Shown here in pieces: positions 1 to 17,800 of a DNA stretch of 64,000 nt. The first letter of the stretch is position 1; each line of letters opens with the position of its first letter. The stretch spans positions 1,178,001 through 1,242,000 of the forward strand of contig NC_081332.1 of assembly GCF_022539665.2 (NCBI RefSeq), read 5' to 3'. Source of the stretch: Daphnia carinata (Eukaryota). The notes beneath the pieces were generated by a model. The model was not told the DNA's origin. It searched no databases and saw only the letters and a list, made by a program, of their open reading frames with translations. A program made the translations under genes and the position numbers.

Positions 1-52
1 ACATTGAAATAAAATGAACTTCAAACGCAACAGAGAACGAAAAAACGTTTAG

Positions 53-3423
<3,371 letters not shown>

Positions 3424-4683
3424 TTTGCAATGAAATTTAAAGGACACGAAACCATTTCTATGTAGCCCAGCCCCTTCTTTAGAGAAGAACGTTTAACGAT
3501 GGTTGGCGAGAAAGAAACAAAAGAATGAGCACGTTTCTCAACTTGAGTTTTCACACATACAAAAAAACAATTCACTTTCAATTCGGAAATAATCTTTAGC
3601 AAAACCCAATATTGGCGGGAAAAAAACATTGTGAAAGGGACATTCTTTTTGGCTTTAAAACCTGTTCATGTGTTATAAAGCAAATTTCGTTCCTTAAGTA
3701 CCAAATTAAACCCTTGATTTAAAAAGAAAACTATACCTCATACAATTTCTCAGAATACGATGTCCCATCTGGTGCGAAACAAAGGGAGCCAGAGTTACCT
3801 CGCCCACGTGGTTTTTTCATGGCGATTACTCACATCGAGTACTCCATGAACAATTAACTTACAATCAGCATCGGTTATTATAGAATTTCAACTATCAAAA
3901 GAATGTTAATCTATTACCATTGCTACTATGTAGTTGTTCGTTTCCATTGGGGAGAGAAAAGATAATCTAACAGTTCACTATGGATGTACTTGCTCTTTCG
4001 AGATCTAGAGTCGAACTGATAGCGTTGACCAGTTTTGGCGCCAGCCTCTTCTAAAAATCTACCCATCCCCTTCTCAAAACAAAAGATAATCAAACCAATT
4101 TCGATTTCAACTATTAAAGTAATGATTATCTATTTTTAATGCTACCTCTTAATGAATCCTTTCACAGTTAGGATAAAGAGAATCTAAAAAAGTGTTATCT
4201 ACAAAATGTATCGAGATCTGAAATCGAATTGGGTATTTGACAATGAGCGCCATTGTCGTCATCAACTCTACCCCTCCCTCTGAAAAATATCTAACTAAAA
4301 TGGATAAATTTACAAAATTAAAAACCAAATAAACAGCAACAACATAAAGAATAAAATAAACTATTCGACAATAAAATGAAAATATCTTAATTTTAAATAC
4401 TTACTAAATTTGTTTTGGCAGCTGTGCATTGAGGTTTGCAGACTTGTCGGTTAACTATATCGATGTCATCCGTGATTGCCAAAAACAGAGGTAGTCTAAA
4501 TGGATATTTGCTTTAGGAAATGATTGATTGTATTTCAAACACTTTATTTTTAAAACTTAACGGCTTTTGATCTACACAGTTGATGATCAAGTATACCAGA
4601 ATGACAGGTTTATCACAGTTAATGTTCCAACGAGGGGTACAATTCTCCCATCCTTAAAACATCTTAATGGGTCGTGAAAAAAT

Positions 4684-6047
4684 TTAGAGCTCGCTACTAT
4701 CATGGTGGCGTCTTTCATGTGCACGATTGCTGAAACGTTCGTCAGCAATGTACAAACTGACTCTTTGTGCTACTCGTTTACAGCCTGTCGTCGAGTAGAG
4801 TTCTTTATCTTCCGGATAATAATGAAGCCCGTCAACAATTTTCCTTATTGATAGAGAAAGTATTGAAACATTATTTTACCAAAACTATAAAATCGTGATT
4901 ACTGTAAAGCTGCTTCTTTGTTTCTTAGGAAATATTTCTGTTTCTTAAATTCATTTTCCGCGCACAGTCGAACATGCATTTTTTCCATGGGCAGAAAAGG
5001 AACAAAGACGTCTATTAAATGTTTTTCAATCAGACGACTTTGGTGCAATCCACCACCTTTAAAGTAAAGCATAAATATTCAAAGAATATTAAATTACGAG
5101 GTCAAACTCATTTTACCTTCTTCGTTGAAAGCTCCCAGCTCAACGAGTCGTTCAAAATCTCGTACTGTCAATTCCTCGCGTTTGATGTTCCCTTTCAACC
5201 AAATGTTATGTACTATTTTAGTAATTTCTTTCCCTCCAGTATTGCTCAGGAAAATAAATATGGATTTCCTTAAAGTGGCAGTAGACAATGATCTATCAAT
5301 CTAGATTATGTAGTAGCTGATGTTAGCCTACCTGTAGTCAACACCATCCACTCTGTCAACATAATCCAAATAAGCTTTGATACCATCCAACACTCCTGAC
5401 GGCATCTTGTCTACTTCATCAAAAACAAAAAGCGATTGGGGACATATGCTGACATTGCCCCTCACCCATGATCGAATTTGATCCTGATATAGTAGTGCAC
5501 TGTGCTGTAATGGGCAAACAAGTGGCAATAGGAATGATATATTAATTTTGCATACTGCTTTTTAATTACCTGATGAGGAAAGTGTACTGTGGATATGAAG
5601 TGATGATAGAACTGACTTTTTGTTTCCTTCAGGTACAGGCTCTTGGCTATTAAGTACGTAAAATGATTCTTCCCGTTTCCTGTCCAACCATGGAAACTTA
5701 ATACTAGAGGCTTTGAAGGACTAGGATTGGACAAGTGGGCTTCTATCTGACGGGATACAACCTCAGTTGCAATATGTTGACCAAAAACATCTTGTTTCAA
5801 TAATACTTGTAGTTCTGCAATAGGAAGAAAAAATGTCAGAAAAATACACGCGGGCAGCCATATATAACCTTTTACTTGTAGTGTTATTTGGAATCCAGTA
5901 ATTGTTGCAGCAGTCACCTAAAGGACATCGCAACGTTTCATAGCTAGAAATCAAAAAATTGATTACAAGGTCTGGCATCGAATACCCTGTCGTAGGTTTA
6001 GAAGAATGCAATAAAACTATAAATAGCATCAATTTATAGAAATCCAT
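4684..6047 (-). CDS. Torsin: Torsin-family ER AAA+ ATPase, multi-exon
   Basis: Signal-like N-terminus (MDFYKLMLFIVLL), VFGQHIA, KPLVLSFHGWTGNGKN (torsin Walker A), FVFDEVDKMP (Walker B), IFIFLSNTGG, sensor-II GCKRV. Ends ...HHDSSEL*. Confidence 0.93.
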
Positions 6048-7417
6048 TACGGGAAGAGATTTAAATTCATGCAAAACTATTAAAAAATTGCCATTAAAGA
6101 TACAAGTTTGACTTTGTAATTAACAATTGGCAGTTGAAAAATTCGTCTGCCACTGGCGCCAAATTGCTAAAAGCATCCAAATCATTTAATTAAAATCTGG
6201 CGCTAGTGCCCATTTCCGCTTGTTATTTTCTTCTGCTGTGATCATGCATCAATCGTTCTCTTCTCTTTCAGCCCTCATCGCAAGAAGAACTCGCTTGTTG
6301 GAATGGTAACACAAAAAATTTTGTAATTAGCAAAAATCTCGTAGCTTCTAATGTTGGTAATGTGATTAGTAGAAAATAAAATTTAACATGGTAAATTGGT
6401 GCCAGTCGTGGGTATATTCCAGTTTAATAGATGAGGGGCGTAGAATGGCTGCTATAGACACTTGCACGTGGAAATGCTATTTTGAAAGGGGATAGTTTTG
6501 ATTCTATTTTATCACTCTCAACTAATATTTTACTTTACTTTAATTTTGGTAAATAGTAATTTACAAGTTCCATAGTTAAATTACTAGAATAATAGTTGCA
6601 CAATATTTCTTTGTCAAAATATATATTATCAAAGATTTCGTGTTGTCGATTCTGTAGAGGGAAGAAATAATTTTGGAGACAAAGCATACCTCAGGACTTT
6701 GGCCGTAAAAGCTTGGCAGTTCCATTATCCAAGTGGTGAGTGTCCTGAGATTGTTTTGTGTTAATTAACTCTATGATTTTAAATACTGTTCACATTCAGA
6801 GTGTTAGTGTTGATATTAACCATTATGAGATATTTGAAATTTTTGAAAAATTTATTAATTTTTTGCTTAATGTTTAAAGATTTAATCTTATAATTATAGG
6901 GATCTGGAAAAAGCATTTTTCTTCAACAAAACAAGGATTTTTCTTTTTTAAAGGTGAATAGAATTTTAAGTTTCATTAATGTTTTCTGATTCTTAGTTTG
7001 AAAAATAAATTATGTTCAACTGAATTTCAAACTGATTTTAGGTAATGATAAATTATATGGACATTTAAGTTACAAGGAGGTATTTAATTTTTAGACAAGT
7101 TTTGTGGTGCTACTACTCTCCTGGTATTCCAAAAGTTGGTAAAGCAACTGTAACATCTCGTGAATTCTTTGGATTTACCCGTAAAATCTCATTACGAAAA
7201 TACTTGAATTAAAATTAATTGGAAAAAAGTGGATTAAAAACTGACAGAATTCGTAAGTCAGCTATAAAAAAAATCGAATTCAAATCAAGAATTCAGTAGC
7301 CCTTCTGGTAAAACTTTTCACAATGCCGATGTATAAAATTTGAAGATGGCCATTATTTGTGGGCCATGAATTAGAACCATGTAATGAAAACAGTGGATGA
7401 CAGGTACTATTGCATGG

Positions 7418-8555
7418 TCACTCTCGAACACTGTTAGAACTGTCGCATGTAGCCGATACATCGTGATTCCCCGCTATACTGGATGTAGTGCATGTTTCAA
7501 CATCGACTTCATCTATTAATTCTAATGGTTTAATGATTGTTCCTGTTTGATGGAACGTTTGACATTCTAAAGATTACATTTTAACGCGACCCACATCTAA
7601 CATAAATTAAATACATACCGAAATGGAATTCTCCTTTCAAAGCGTAATATCCTTCATCGTCCTTGGGATCTGTCATCGACAGTAACTGAACGCTCTCAAC
7701 CACCTGGCTCATTTCAGAAAAAGATTTAACCTTGAATCAGCTTATTTCGCACTCGGTGAATATTTGTTACCTGTCGACCGAATACGCAATCAACGTGTTT
7801 CTCGTACAAATGGGAGGCCACAGCCTTGATCCCCTGAGAAAGAAAGATTTTCATTTTCTCCTAACCAACACCAAGTTTCATAATGTGCCATAGACGAGTT
7901 TCGTACTTTACGCCTGAGTCTGGGGTCTTTGGATATTTTCAGGAGAGTTACGTGCGGTGTGAATCTGTCTCCGTCAATTAGGGAAATGCCTGCGGTTTGG
8001 CAACCATCGCGCAACGATTTCCAAAGGTGATTGAGATACTCCGCTCCGTCGCTTTCCTCCTTTATACGGGCGTAGATGACTTTGTTGTTGAAATGCCCCA
8101 TCTGTGCCAAATCAATGTCCAACTGAGAGTTTGGCAATCTGGCTGAGAAGAGCCCAACAGACTCCTGCAATACCTGATTGGCCCTTGATGGGTTGAAATA
8201 AATCACATGGTAAGTTAGTGGTTATGTGAAATGAATGATGAATAAATCACTTGACCACATCCTCGCTGGTGGACAGGTGAGCCACTGCCAGCGTGATGTG
8301 CAGGGTTGATGGAGACACGAGGGCAGTCTTGAGACGAGGTTCCTGTTCCAAAATGGTGTTGTGGACATTGTTCACAGTTTGGACAATCTATACGAAAGAA
8401 AAGTGAAAGGTTATTGATAAGAATAAAATGTTTGATGGACCAACCTGACAGTCTGATATTCGCACAGCAAAGAAATGATTTGGTGCTGGTGCCTTGGGCC
8501 TCTTAATTTTAGGTGGACGCACGCGCCTTATCGGGATATCCCGTACCGTGTTCAT
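7418..8555 (-). CDS. AKAP7-like 2H phosphoesterase (2',5'-phosphodiesterase-type domain), multi-exon
   Basis: Spliced translation: PNHFFAVRI...LVSPSTLHITLAV...MGHFNNKVIYA...RFTPHVTLLKISK...FGRQVVESVQLLSM...DDEGYY. Both HxT catalytic motifs are present. Start ATG inferred at 8555. Confidence 0.85.
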
Positions 8556-11500
8556 CTCTGGTTAAGTATCTAAGGTGAAGTACACAAGAAAAAAAGAAGT
8601 CGTTAAAGTACGGCTATACGGAACTTACTGGCGGCAAAAAGCAGCAGGTGGTTTCTTGGAAGATGAAAACAACAAGAAAGGAACACCAATTGTCGCGTTA
8701 TGCACGGTTTTTATCTCAATTTCTTGTCTTACGTGTGTTCAGAGCAGCGTATCACCAACGTTTTCACCTGTGTAATGACTGGCAAAGAGAAAGTGATCAG
8801 AAAAGATGATGACGGTGTTTACGATAAATGTTTTGTTGTTGCTGGTGTCGCTCAAAATTATAGGCAAAATAGAAAGCGGTGTCGCCAGATTGCTCGGTAA
8901 TTGAACTCGATGTGATTTCGCGTACGCCAAAATGGGGCCGTTTCTTTTTTTTAAGAAGAAAACGGTCACGTCGGTCACACATTTCTTTGAACGATACGTG
9001 AGTCACGAGACATGTTAAGATTCATCGGTCAGCTTTGTTTGCAACAATGGTTGCGTTCCTGTAAAGAGAAAAAACGTGGGAAATATGATCCATTGGGGCA
9101 TATTTCACGAACGAAAAATCGGAAGGATGTGTTTACTGAAATTCAGAAAGAAAAACGTTGAATAATAAATACGATTCCGTTACGACCGGTACGTGGCGCT
9201 GTATCATAGAACCCGTTGTTGTTACAATGTTTTTATTTGAAGGACTAAATAATAAAAAAAGAATCTAACATGGATTACATGAGGGAGGTCTCGAGTTTAA
9301 CACATTCCCACAGCTAAAAGTTTTTCCTTTTCATGTTCTTTTTTTAATTTTTAAACGTGGGAAACGTTGAAAAGAATGTTCCATCGTCAAGGTTCTGAAA
9401 CAAAGAAATTTTGTTGGTTACATACGGGTCTTGTGTCGCCAATTGTATACACAGCACATCTTTCGCGTGCCTTATCCCTTGTAATGGCAGCGAATCCCCA
9501 CCCCTTAAATGGAGAGAAAGTCTCGTCTATATAGAAACTGCGAATAATAACAAAATTTGAGCCTTAAAGATGTGACTTTGGCGGCATTTTCTCAAACAAT
9601 CAAAGATAACGTGTCTGCCCCAACAACTTTCTCTGTCGGACGAGTAGCGCATTTTCTTGCTTAAAGTACAAACAATGACACAAGTACAAACTACCGGCTT
9701 GTGTAGTACACCTTGTTATCATTCAATTGGTGATGATGTACAAGCACGAGCTTCGAGAAAGTTTGTCAGCCTAAACTGCGACATGGGGCGGGGTTCTTTT
9801 CAGTTCAAGAGGTTACAGAGAAGAAGCAGCTCTTATTTTTATTACAGTGGAAACAATAGAGTTCCATGTCTTGGTAGCAACTAATTATACGACGTTGCCC
9901 AATAAGGAATGCAACTCGCTAATCAGCTAAGCACCAAACCGCCAGAGATACACAATATTAGCCTTATTTTGTGCTGCGAGTCCGAAAGGCACGCCAAAAA
10001 ACAATAGCGGCGCCATTCATGGACGTAAAAAAAATATTTAAATCAATGTTTTCAATTGAATTTTTTAAATCATTATTAATGTATGCATTTAGAACTCGTT
10101 TTTTTTTTACGAAACAAAATGCGTTAAACTTTCGTTTCTTAAAATTCGATGACGGCGTATGTAACACGTCTTATATATAGGAGCGATCGTACGTCATTTA
10201 GATGCCTAGTGGCTGTATTAGTGATATGTATGTACACGCAAAATATATACGAGATTTCACCGCTTCCAGTTACATGCATAATATTAGCGAGTCCCATATC
10301 ATCACCTCTTATATGGGCCTGGCTCTTGATCGATGACATTGCGGCTTTTTTTGGCTATAATTTATGCGAAATTCAAAAGATCAGGGGGTTCGTGAATGTT
10401 AGAAAAAGGACGTCAGTGTTCTAAATTTTTTTTTTTTTGTAAAGGTATTTTTCCAATGAAGGAACGCAATGCGGAATAATTGCAGTTATGTGGGAAACAT
10501 TTCGAGTATTTGTTGAATTCTATACGTAAAATGTCGTTTTGCTTGGATGTTTTTTCTAAAGAAATTTCTCGGGCTAATTGCCGTTTTCCACATTTCGAAA
10601 CGATTTCGTTGTTCCACAGACAATCGAAACGTTTAGATTTTTAATTTCGAGATATTTATATACGCCGAATGGCTACATCATTTTATTGTTTCGTGTGTGT
10701 TCATATAGTCGCCTATATGTAAATGTTTTTTTGTTTTATTTTGGGATTATACAATTGGCTCGTATTTCCTCCCTAATAAATCTGTGCGTAGCAATTAAAA
10801 GCAACAAGATTTTTCCGAGAGAGAGAAAAATTTATTGTTATTATCTCTTCTCTCTCTTTCGTCCCGAGAAGAGAGCCTGAGGCACCGCAACAATCATTCA
10901 CGTAGTACATAAAAATAAAAAAAAAAAAAGACAAAAGAAATACGTTGGAATAACTCTGGTGTGTTCGATGATCTTATGACATCAATTTGCATACGCACAA
11001 AGTTTGAATAAAAATCTCTAAATTATTCCGACAATGAAGAATTAGATTTAAAAATGAACTAATTGAATACTAGCGGCAACGTCTGTGTGACTATCTCACC
11101 ACGTCAATATAAAAAAAAAAAAAAATATTCGTGTGCCCGCGTGTAATTCGAGTCCATAAAACATCGTCCCCCTCATTGTCTTGAATTTCAAGACGTGAAA
11201 GTCAACGACACATAGTGACGAAACAAACGTTATTCTTTTACAAAATAAAAGGTGTTGTTTCATAAATGATTGTGCTACATAATATTTAAAAAAATAGGAG
11301 GGGGACACACACATTTCCGGTGTGTGTGTACTCGGTGTGCCGCCGGATTTGAACCCAACAGTTGAAATACGACACGTATATAAAAAGGTTTTTGTGCGAG
11401 CCCATCCACCTGGAAAAATACGAAACCTGCTGGGAAATTCTTGTTTGTCTACATCGCCACAAGCGATTGATAGCCCTAAAAAAAAAAAAAATAAGTTTTG

Positions 11501-14500
11501 AATGAAACTGACGAAAAAAGATTGATGGCCGATGATGATTGAAACGAATATTGTTTTGAAAGTGCGCGCATAAATTTCGAATAGAAAAAACACAAAATAG
11601 ATTGGCTAAAAAAAAAAAAAAAAAAGGAAATCCCGTTTGATCACGAAATATATACGCGCCCTATTTTCTCTTGATAAAGGCGGGATGAATGGTCCCCCCC
11701 TGACGTGCTACTCGAAAACGATCTTTGCAATTGAAAGAGACGCAAAACAGATGGATGAAATTCATTTGGATGTGGCTCTTAAAAATCACGCAACCATCGT
11801 GATTGTATTGATATAAACATCGTGACGGAATATGACACACCTGTGATATCTTTCCTAATATACGACAATGTGTCCGTGGACAAAATGGCCTAAACGTGAT
11901 GTCCACTCGCTTGTTCTACTTGCACCTATCGGCTCTGCACTTTATTGTCTATAACAAAAGAATTCTCTTTGTATATTTTTCGGGGAGGGTGGTGTGTAAA
12001 TATCGAGAGACACATCAAGGACGTGACTATTAGCCCAGGTGGAAGCTTTAATTTCTCGTGGGAAATCTTTCGAAATCTCCTAAGAAATCCCACCGCCTTT
12101 TAAATGTATTTAAACTTGATGCATTCAAATGTTAAGAGAGAAAGTATAAACGACCATCGAGCTACTGATATCCAAAAGCCAATTCAACTGCCCTTGTACG
12201 TGCACGACACGCTCCCCCCCCCCCTAATTGACACGTAAAACACACAAAGATATTTGGCGTCATATTTGATCCTTATAAAGCCGAACGATATTCTCCACCT
12301 TTATTAGGCAAGTAAAAACTATTTTTTGAACCGATGCCAATATCTAAAAAAATTTCGTGTTGCACATTCCTGCATAAATATTCACATGTTTTCGTTCATG
12401 CAGAAAAAGCGTAATTATTTATGAATTTTCACCGCGTGTGTTGCTGCCGGCTTTCCCAATAACGAGGTCTTCTTTATAACGACGTTTCAGAGAGAGAAAA
12501 TCATTTCTTTTTTCAACTCGAAAAAACAAAATCGATCGCGAGACGATTACAGGTTTTGATGGATGAGAAAAAAACTAGTGTGTGTGATACAGTCGATAAT
12601 CATGAAATCTGTTTTCTAGTCAAAAAACGAAGGAAACGTTGTTATGTTTATTCTCACGCCACACCACTGCAGCTCACCTATAGGCAATTCTTTTGTTTCC
12701 CATCATTAAAAATCGTGAAATGTTTTTTTCGCATTTTTTCGTTATATATCGCACAAAAGAATATATTTTGTAGTTGTAACACAATTTTCGTGTAATGTAT
12801 TGGGAAGAGAGAGTTGATACAACACCTTTTTTCTTGATTTGGGAATCTGTACCTGTATCCGGCGGGCGTTATATGTGATACATCCATAATATTTTTTTTT
12901 TTCTTTTCGTCGTGTGTATAGACGAACCTTGAAGATGTTAGACACACTCTCTCTCTTCTCTCTGATCTCTCAATAAAAAAGAAGAAAACTGTTTTTTGCC
13001 TAATTTTCGTCGAGTCACGCGTGATTTGTGGCCATTTTTGTCCTCAATTCTTCCCTCTGAAATCAAACAATTGTTTTGTGTACGAAATAAAAAGAGTGTT
13101 TCATAGCAACAGCCATTTTCTATCGAGATGTCATCACCCAGTTAATAAATGATTGATCATTGTGAACAATTAGATTCCAATATTCAGATAAATAACATTT
13201 TTCTTTGTATTTAGAGAAAGAAAAACGGAAGCCTTTTTTTCCATGCGGAGGTGCCACGTAGACAAAATGTGAAAACCACATAAAAGAGATGACTGATGAT
13301 ACGCATCTACCCTTTCATCTTTGGCCACAAACTATTTTTTTTTGAAGGTTGAAATCGATCAGCCACTGGTTTCTCGTGTTGTCACATTTTGCCCTCCAGG
13401 CTACTGTTGTTCCTATCTGGCACCAACAATCAGATGGATCAATACATTTTCCAGGTGAAATGGCAAGTGACGTCCTGCTGTTTGTGCCCAGACAAATGGG
13501 ACATTTCCAGTTCAATGCAAATCTTGCAAGAGGATCACACAAACAAAGTGGGATGCTGTGTAGGATCATTCGCTTGGCTTCCATCATCTTCACATTCCTA
13601 CAAAGAAAAATCGCGTAAAATCGCATGCAAAACAAACAACAGGATTGAGGACACATAGATGACAAGTTTCTCTACATGAACAAAACCACAAGGACCTTCT
13701 ATTTGACTATCACCCACTTCCGGCTACGAACGGATGTGTCACGTGCTCCATCTCTCTCCCGCTAACATCGAAAATGCATCTATATATATCCACTCCCGCA
13801 TTTTCTTTAGGCCAAAAAAGAAAATGAGCAAGACATGCCGGCGGAAGAAGAAGACGGACAGTTTTTTTCGAACGCAGCGTGTGATGATGACGAACGATGA
13901 TGGCTGACTCACGATCAAAGGCAAGAAAAACAATTCACCCCCGCATCTCTTTAAAATGCCATCTGGTGATGTTCAATTGAAAATGAGATTTTCAAAGTTA
14001 AAAGAAATAAGAAAAAAATGGCGTGCAATATCATTTTGTCCGTGCAAGGAAAATCACGTGGATTAGAGACGCAAGGGAAATTACCGTTACGCACAACATA
14101 TCCACATTAGATATAAAGAGATCCGTTTCAGAGACCCGCCCTCTTTAGTCGAGGCAGCAAAGAGAAAGAAGCAACTTGAAAAAAATAAAAGAAGATGCGT
14201 AGAGATAAACGAAAATGAGTTGCGTCATTATGAACCGCACAATTTTTATCAGCGCACGGCATCGTTCACGCAAGGAAGAATCTTTCTCAGCTCTTTCCGT
14301 GATTTATTCCCCCTCCTGTTTTCTAAGTCGAAAATCAAACAAAAGAAGATTTTTGACGTTTTCGTGATTACGTTCACGAGAGGCATCACAGTCGGTTGAT
14401 TATCCAGGCCGTTGCACATATCTCGCAAAACATTTTCTCCAACTGTCTAAACGCACATTTCTCGAATCTCAGCAACGGAAATCCTTTAAAAAAAAAAAAA

Positions 14501-14819
14501 AAATTCTGGGCAACATTTAGTCGACTTGGCAAGTCGATTTTGAAGCACCCTTCCTCCTTGTGTGTGTTGTGCTGGTGGAGCCAAAACCAGTTGGGGCTTT
14601 GTCAGTGCCTGTCTGGACGTGGCTGCGAGAACACGTGTGTCTCCGCGTGTCGACATCTGTGATCGTGTCTGTGAACTACAACAATTTTTAATTTTCGTTT
14701 TTGTTGAAAGAAATCAAACAGTTTAATGATAGGCAATTTGACGTCATGAAACATCCAATGGATTGACACCTTCGATAAGAATAGAATCGCACTTTTTCGA
14801 ATCACAAACTGAAAACAAA

Positions 14820-17800
14820 ATGGTGGTCGTGAAATTCGCAGTGATTTTCTTGCAGTTGTTGTTATTGCCAATCATCGATGTTCATTTGGATCAAAGTGTG
14901 GCTGCATCGGCCATTATCCAACGGTTAATCGTGCGCCTAGAAGAACCCACTCTTCCATCGAGCGACAATTGCACGTTCTTCAAACAAATCGAGGTTGGTC
15001 AAAAATCTTTATTCAAAGCCAAGTAGGTTTGTGAGTTGGGCGCGCGCTAATGAGGCGATTTGCATATTCATGTCGTTTAACAGCCCGTATCCCCCCACCA
15101 TCTTAATGCGTATACACACCAATCGTTTAACTCTTTGTCGAAAGAAAGAAAAGAAGAGATAAATTGTCTTTCCATTATGGATTTTTTCCTCGAAAAAAAA
15201 AAAAGAAATAATTCGTAAATATTATTCCTCCTTGTTGTTTTCTATGGAAAAATCGTATTTTCTCCTTTTTTGAATATGGAAAATGCGTAGGGCATCAAGA
15301 AAAACGAAAAATATGCTAATTTCTCGTTAAGGTTCAGTCAGTGCCTTTTTTCCTACAAATGCGGGGATGGGAAATGATTCGAAAATGCTCTCCCCACCTC
15401 CTTGAATTCTTTCGCAGTAGAAACAAGCAGAAGCCAATGAAAAGATTCCAAATATTGAAAGGAAAATGATGGATTGAATTCTTCAACATTCCAATTGCAT
15501 TTGTTTTTCTTCCGTTAGTACACTATCGTTCTATTACGGAAATATGGCACATTTTTTTTTTCAAAATTTCGTCTTTTTATGCAAATGAGAAATTGGGCAC
15601 GCGAATCATCCGTCATTTCAAAGTCCCGCCCATTCTAGTTGTTTTTTCCTCTTTCGCAATAAAACGAAAAAAAAATTCACACTTTTGAAATTAAAATAGT
15701 AGTTGGATGATTCATCTCGCACCGTGTCAATATTTTCATAAACGGGGGAAGAAGAAAAAGGGCGGAATGAACATTCGGCGTGATCGTCTCACGCCACCCT
15801 CCGCCATTAGAAACAGGAAACTGAATGCGAAGCCTTGTTGTTGTCGTGTTAAATAGCAGATAATCATCTGCAATTTTGATCAGCCTATCAAAAAAGGATT
15901 TCTTTGTTTCCTTGATTTCAACACCTGAGAAACGAACCAATGTTTAAGTAGCATGTATTAACAATCATTTTTCTAACGGCCATTATTATTTTTGCATATT
16001 TCACGACCTCGTTGTTTCTTGGAAAAACGTTGACAGGTCAAACTCGTAGATACCCGCACGTATGCAAATGAGCCCGATGGCTATTTTGCCCCTATAGTTT
16101 TTCAAAAAAATTCTTTGGCACGGTCCAGGTATATACTTAAAAAAAAACTGTATTTTATACAAACGTCATGCCACGTAGATGGATGGACTAACAAAAAAAA
16201 TGATTTACATATTTTTATGATCTCCGGCGCGTTTTTTTTTCTCTGAAAGTGGTGACATCTTTTCGTTCCCCCCCCCCCCTCTTTTATTGTTTGAGCAAAA
16301 TCCGTGTCGGAAGGGATCTTTTCCATAACAATTGGGGGGAGGGATGTTATACAAGAAGCCGACGGACAAAAGAAACTGGACAACAAAAAATAAGAAAGGC
16401 CGTGTGTCGTCATCACTGGGATAAAGTGGGAAATACAATTTACGACGGACACACTTTTTTTTTTTTTTAAGGTCCAGACTCCTCCTCTTTTTATTTTCCA
16501 CCTACGCGTTTGAAAAAATTTTTCATCCGCCCCAAAAACCTTTTAAAGAGAATATGCAAATGATTTCCGTTTATTTTTTTTTTCAAAATGAGGGAAAAAG
16601 GTTAATAAAATAATGATGTCAATCATTTTTCCCAGACGAACTTTTCTTTTGTTTATTCAATAGACGTTCTCACGAAAAAAAACGACGCCCCGACATTTTT
16701 ATTACAAGATAATGACGCAATTGTTCCTTTTTTTAAAACTCTTCTTCTTTTATTGTAACGCCCTGCCAACATTTCCTGTTTTTTGACATTCAAGAGACGC
16801 GTGAGCTTCAAATTCTTTTCTTTAAATGTCCCTTTTAACGTTTGCTCAGTAAAACGATGGGGGTACATGCGTCCATCACGATTTTTTAAGAGAAATTCGT
16901 GACCGTGAACCCATCGACCCTCCAACCATCTGGCATCGTCGCTTTTAACGGATACCCCGTTGATTGAACAATCAGAGGATGCTGTTCAAAATACTAAAAA
17001 ATGGCCGAGGATGTAACAGAAGGTTGTTGAAAAAAGAACGGGATCGTCGGCCGTGTAAACATGTCTCTCTCTTTTGAAAAGCATCTGTTCCAGTCGGTTT
17101 GCGCTTTTTTTGGTCAGTGTGAAAGACGACACGTGTCGTGATATTTGAAGAGTTTCTTTCCTCGTATTATTGTTGAATCGGCAACAGCGCGTGCATTGAA
17201 ATGCGATTCCAGTTCAACCGGTCTGAACCAATCGCCATCTTTTGTGTTGATGTGGGCGCAAGCGGCCACACGTTTTTTGATGGATCGTCCGAGGCCCTTT
17301 TTTGGTTGGTGAAAGGGACGATCGTGACGAACGCCCTTTTAATATTCCCGAGCGAATTTTCGTTCTGATTAGATATAGACTAGGATTAACATTTTTCTTC
17401 ATTAGTTTCCAAATATGATTGTAATCGTTCCGATTCCAAACGATAACCAATCGATGATGCATAACGGCAACAAACAGCTGGACCGCGTTTATGGATACGG
17501 CACGATTTTCTTTTTTTTTTTTTGTCTGAACGTTAAACAAACACGAGAGATGTCCATAATAATATTATAAAGATGCCATAATAATAATACCCCCCCTGTT
17601 TTAGGAGGTACGCAGCTCCAGTTTCTCTTTTGGTTCACGGTTTGGACTCACGCTGGGTGGTCACGTGAACGTACGACGCCCATTAAAGCGTCTCTGCGTT
17701 GGGTCTTTTTACCGCTAGAGAACACGGCAGACTATTTACATAACTCTGATCGATTTCAATTTTATCTGAATTAAATTCTATAAAAGAAAGACTAGTAGCA

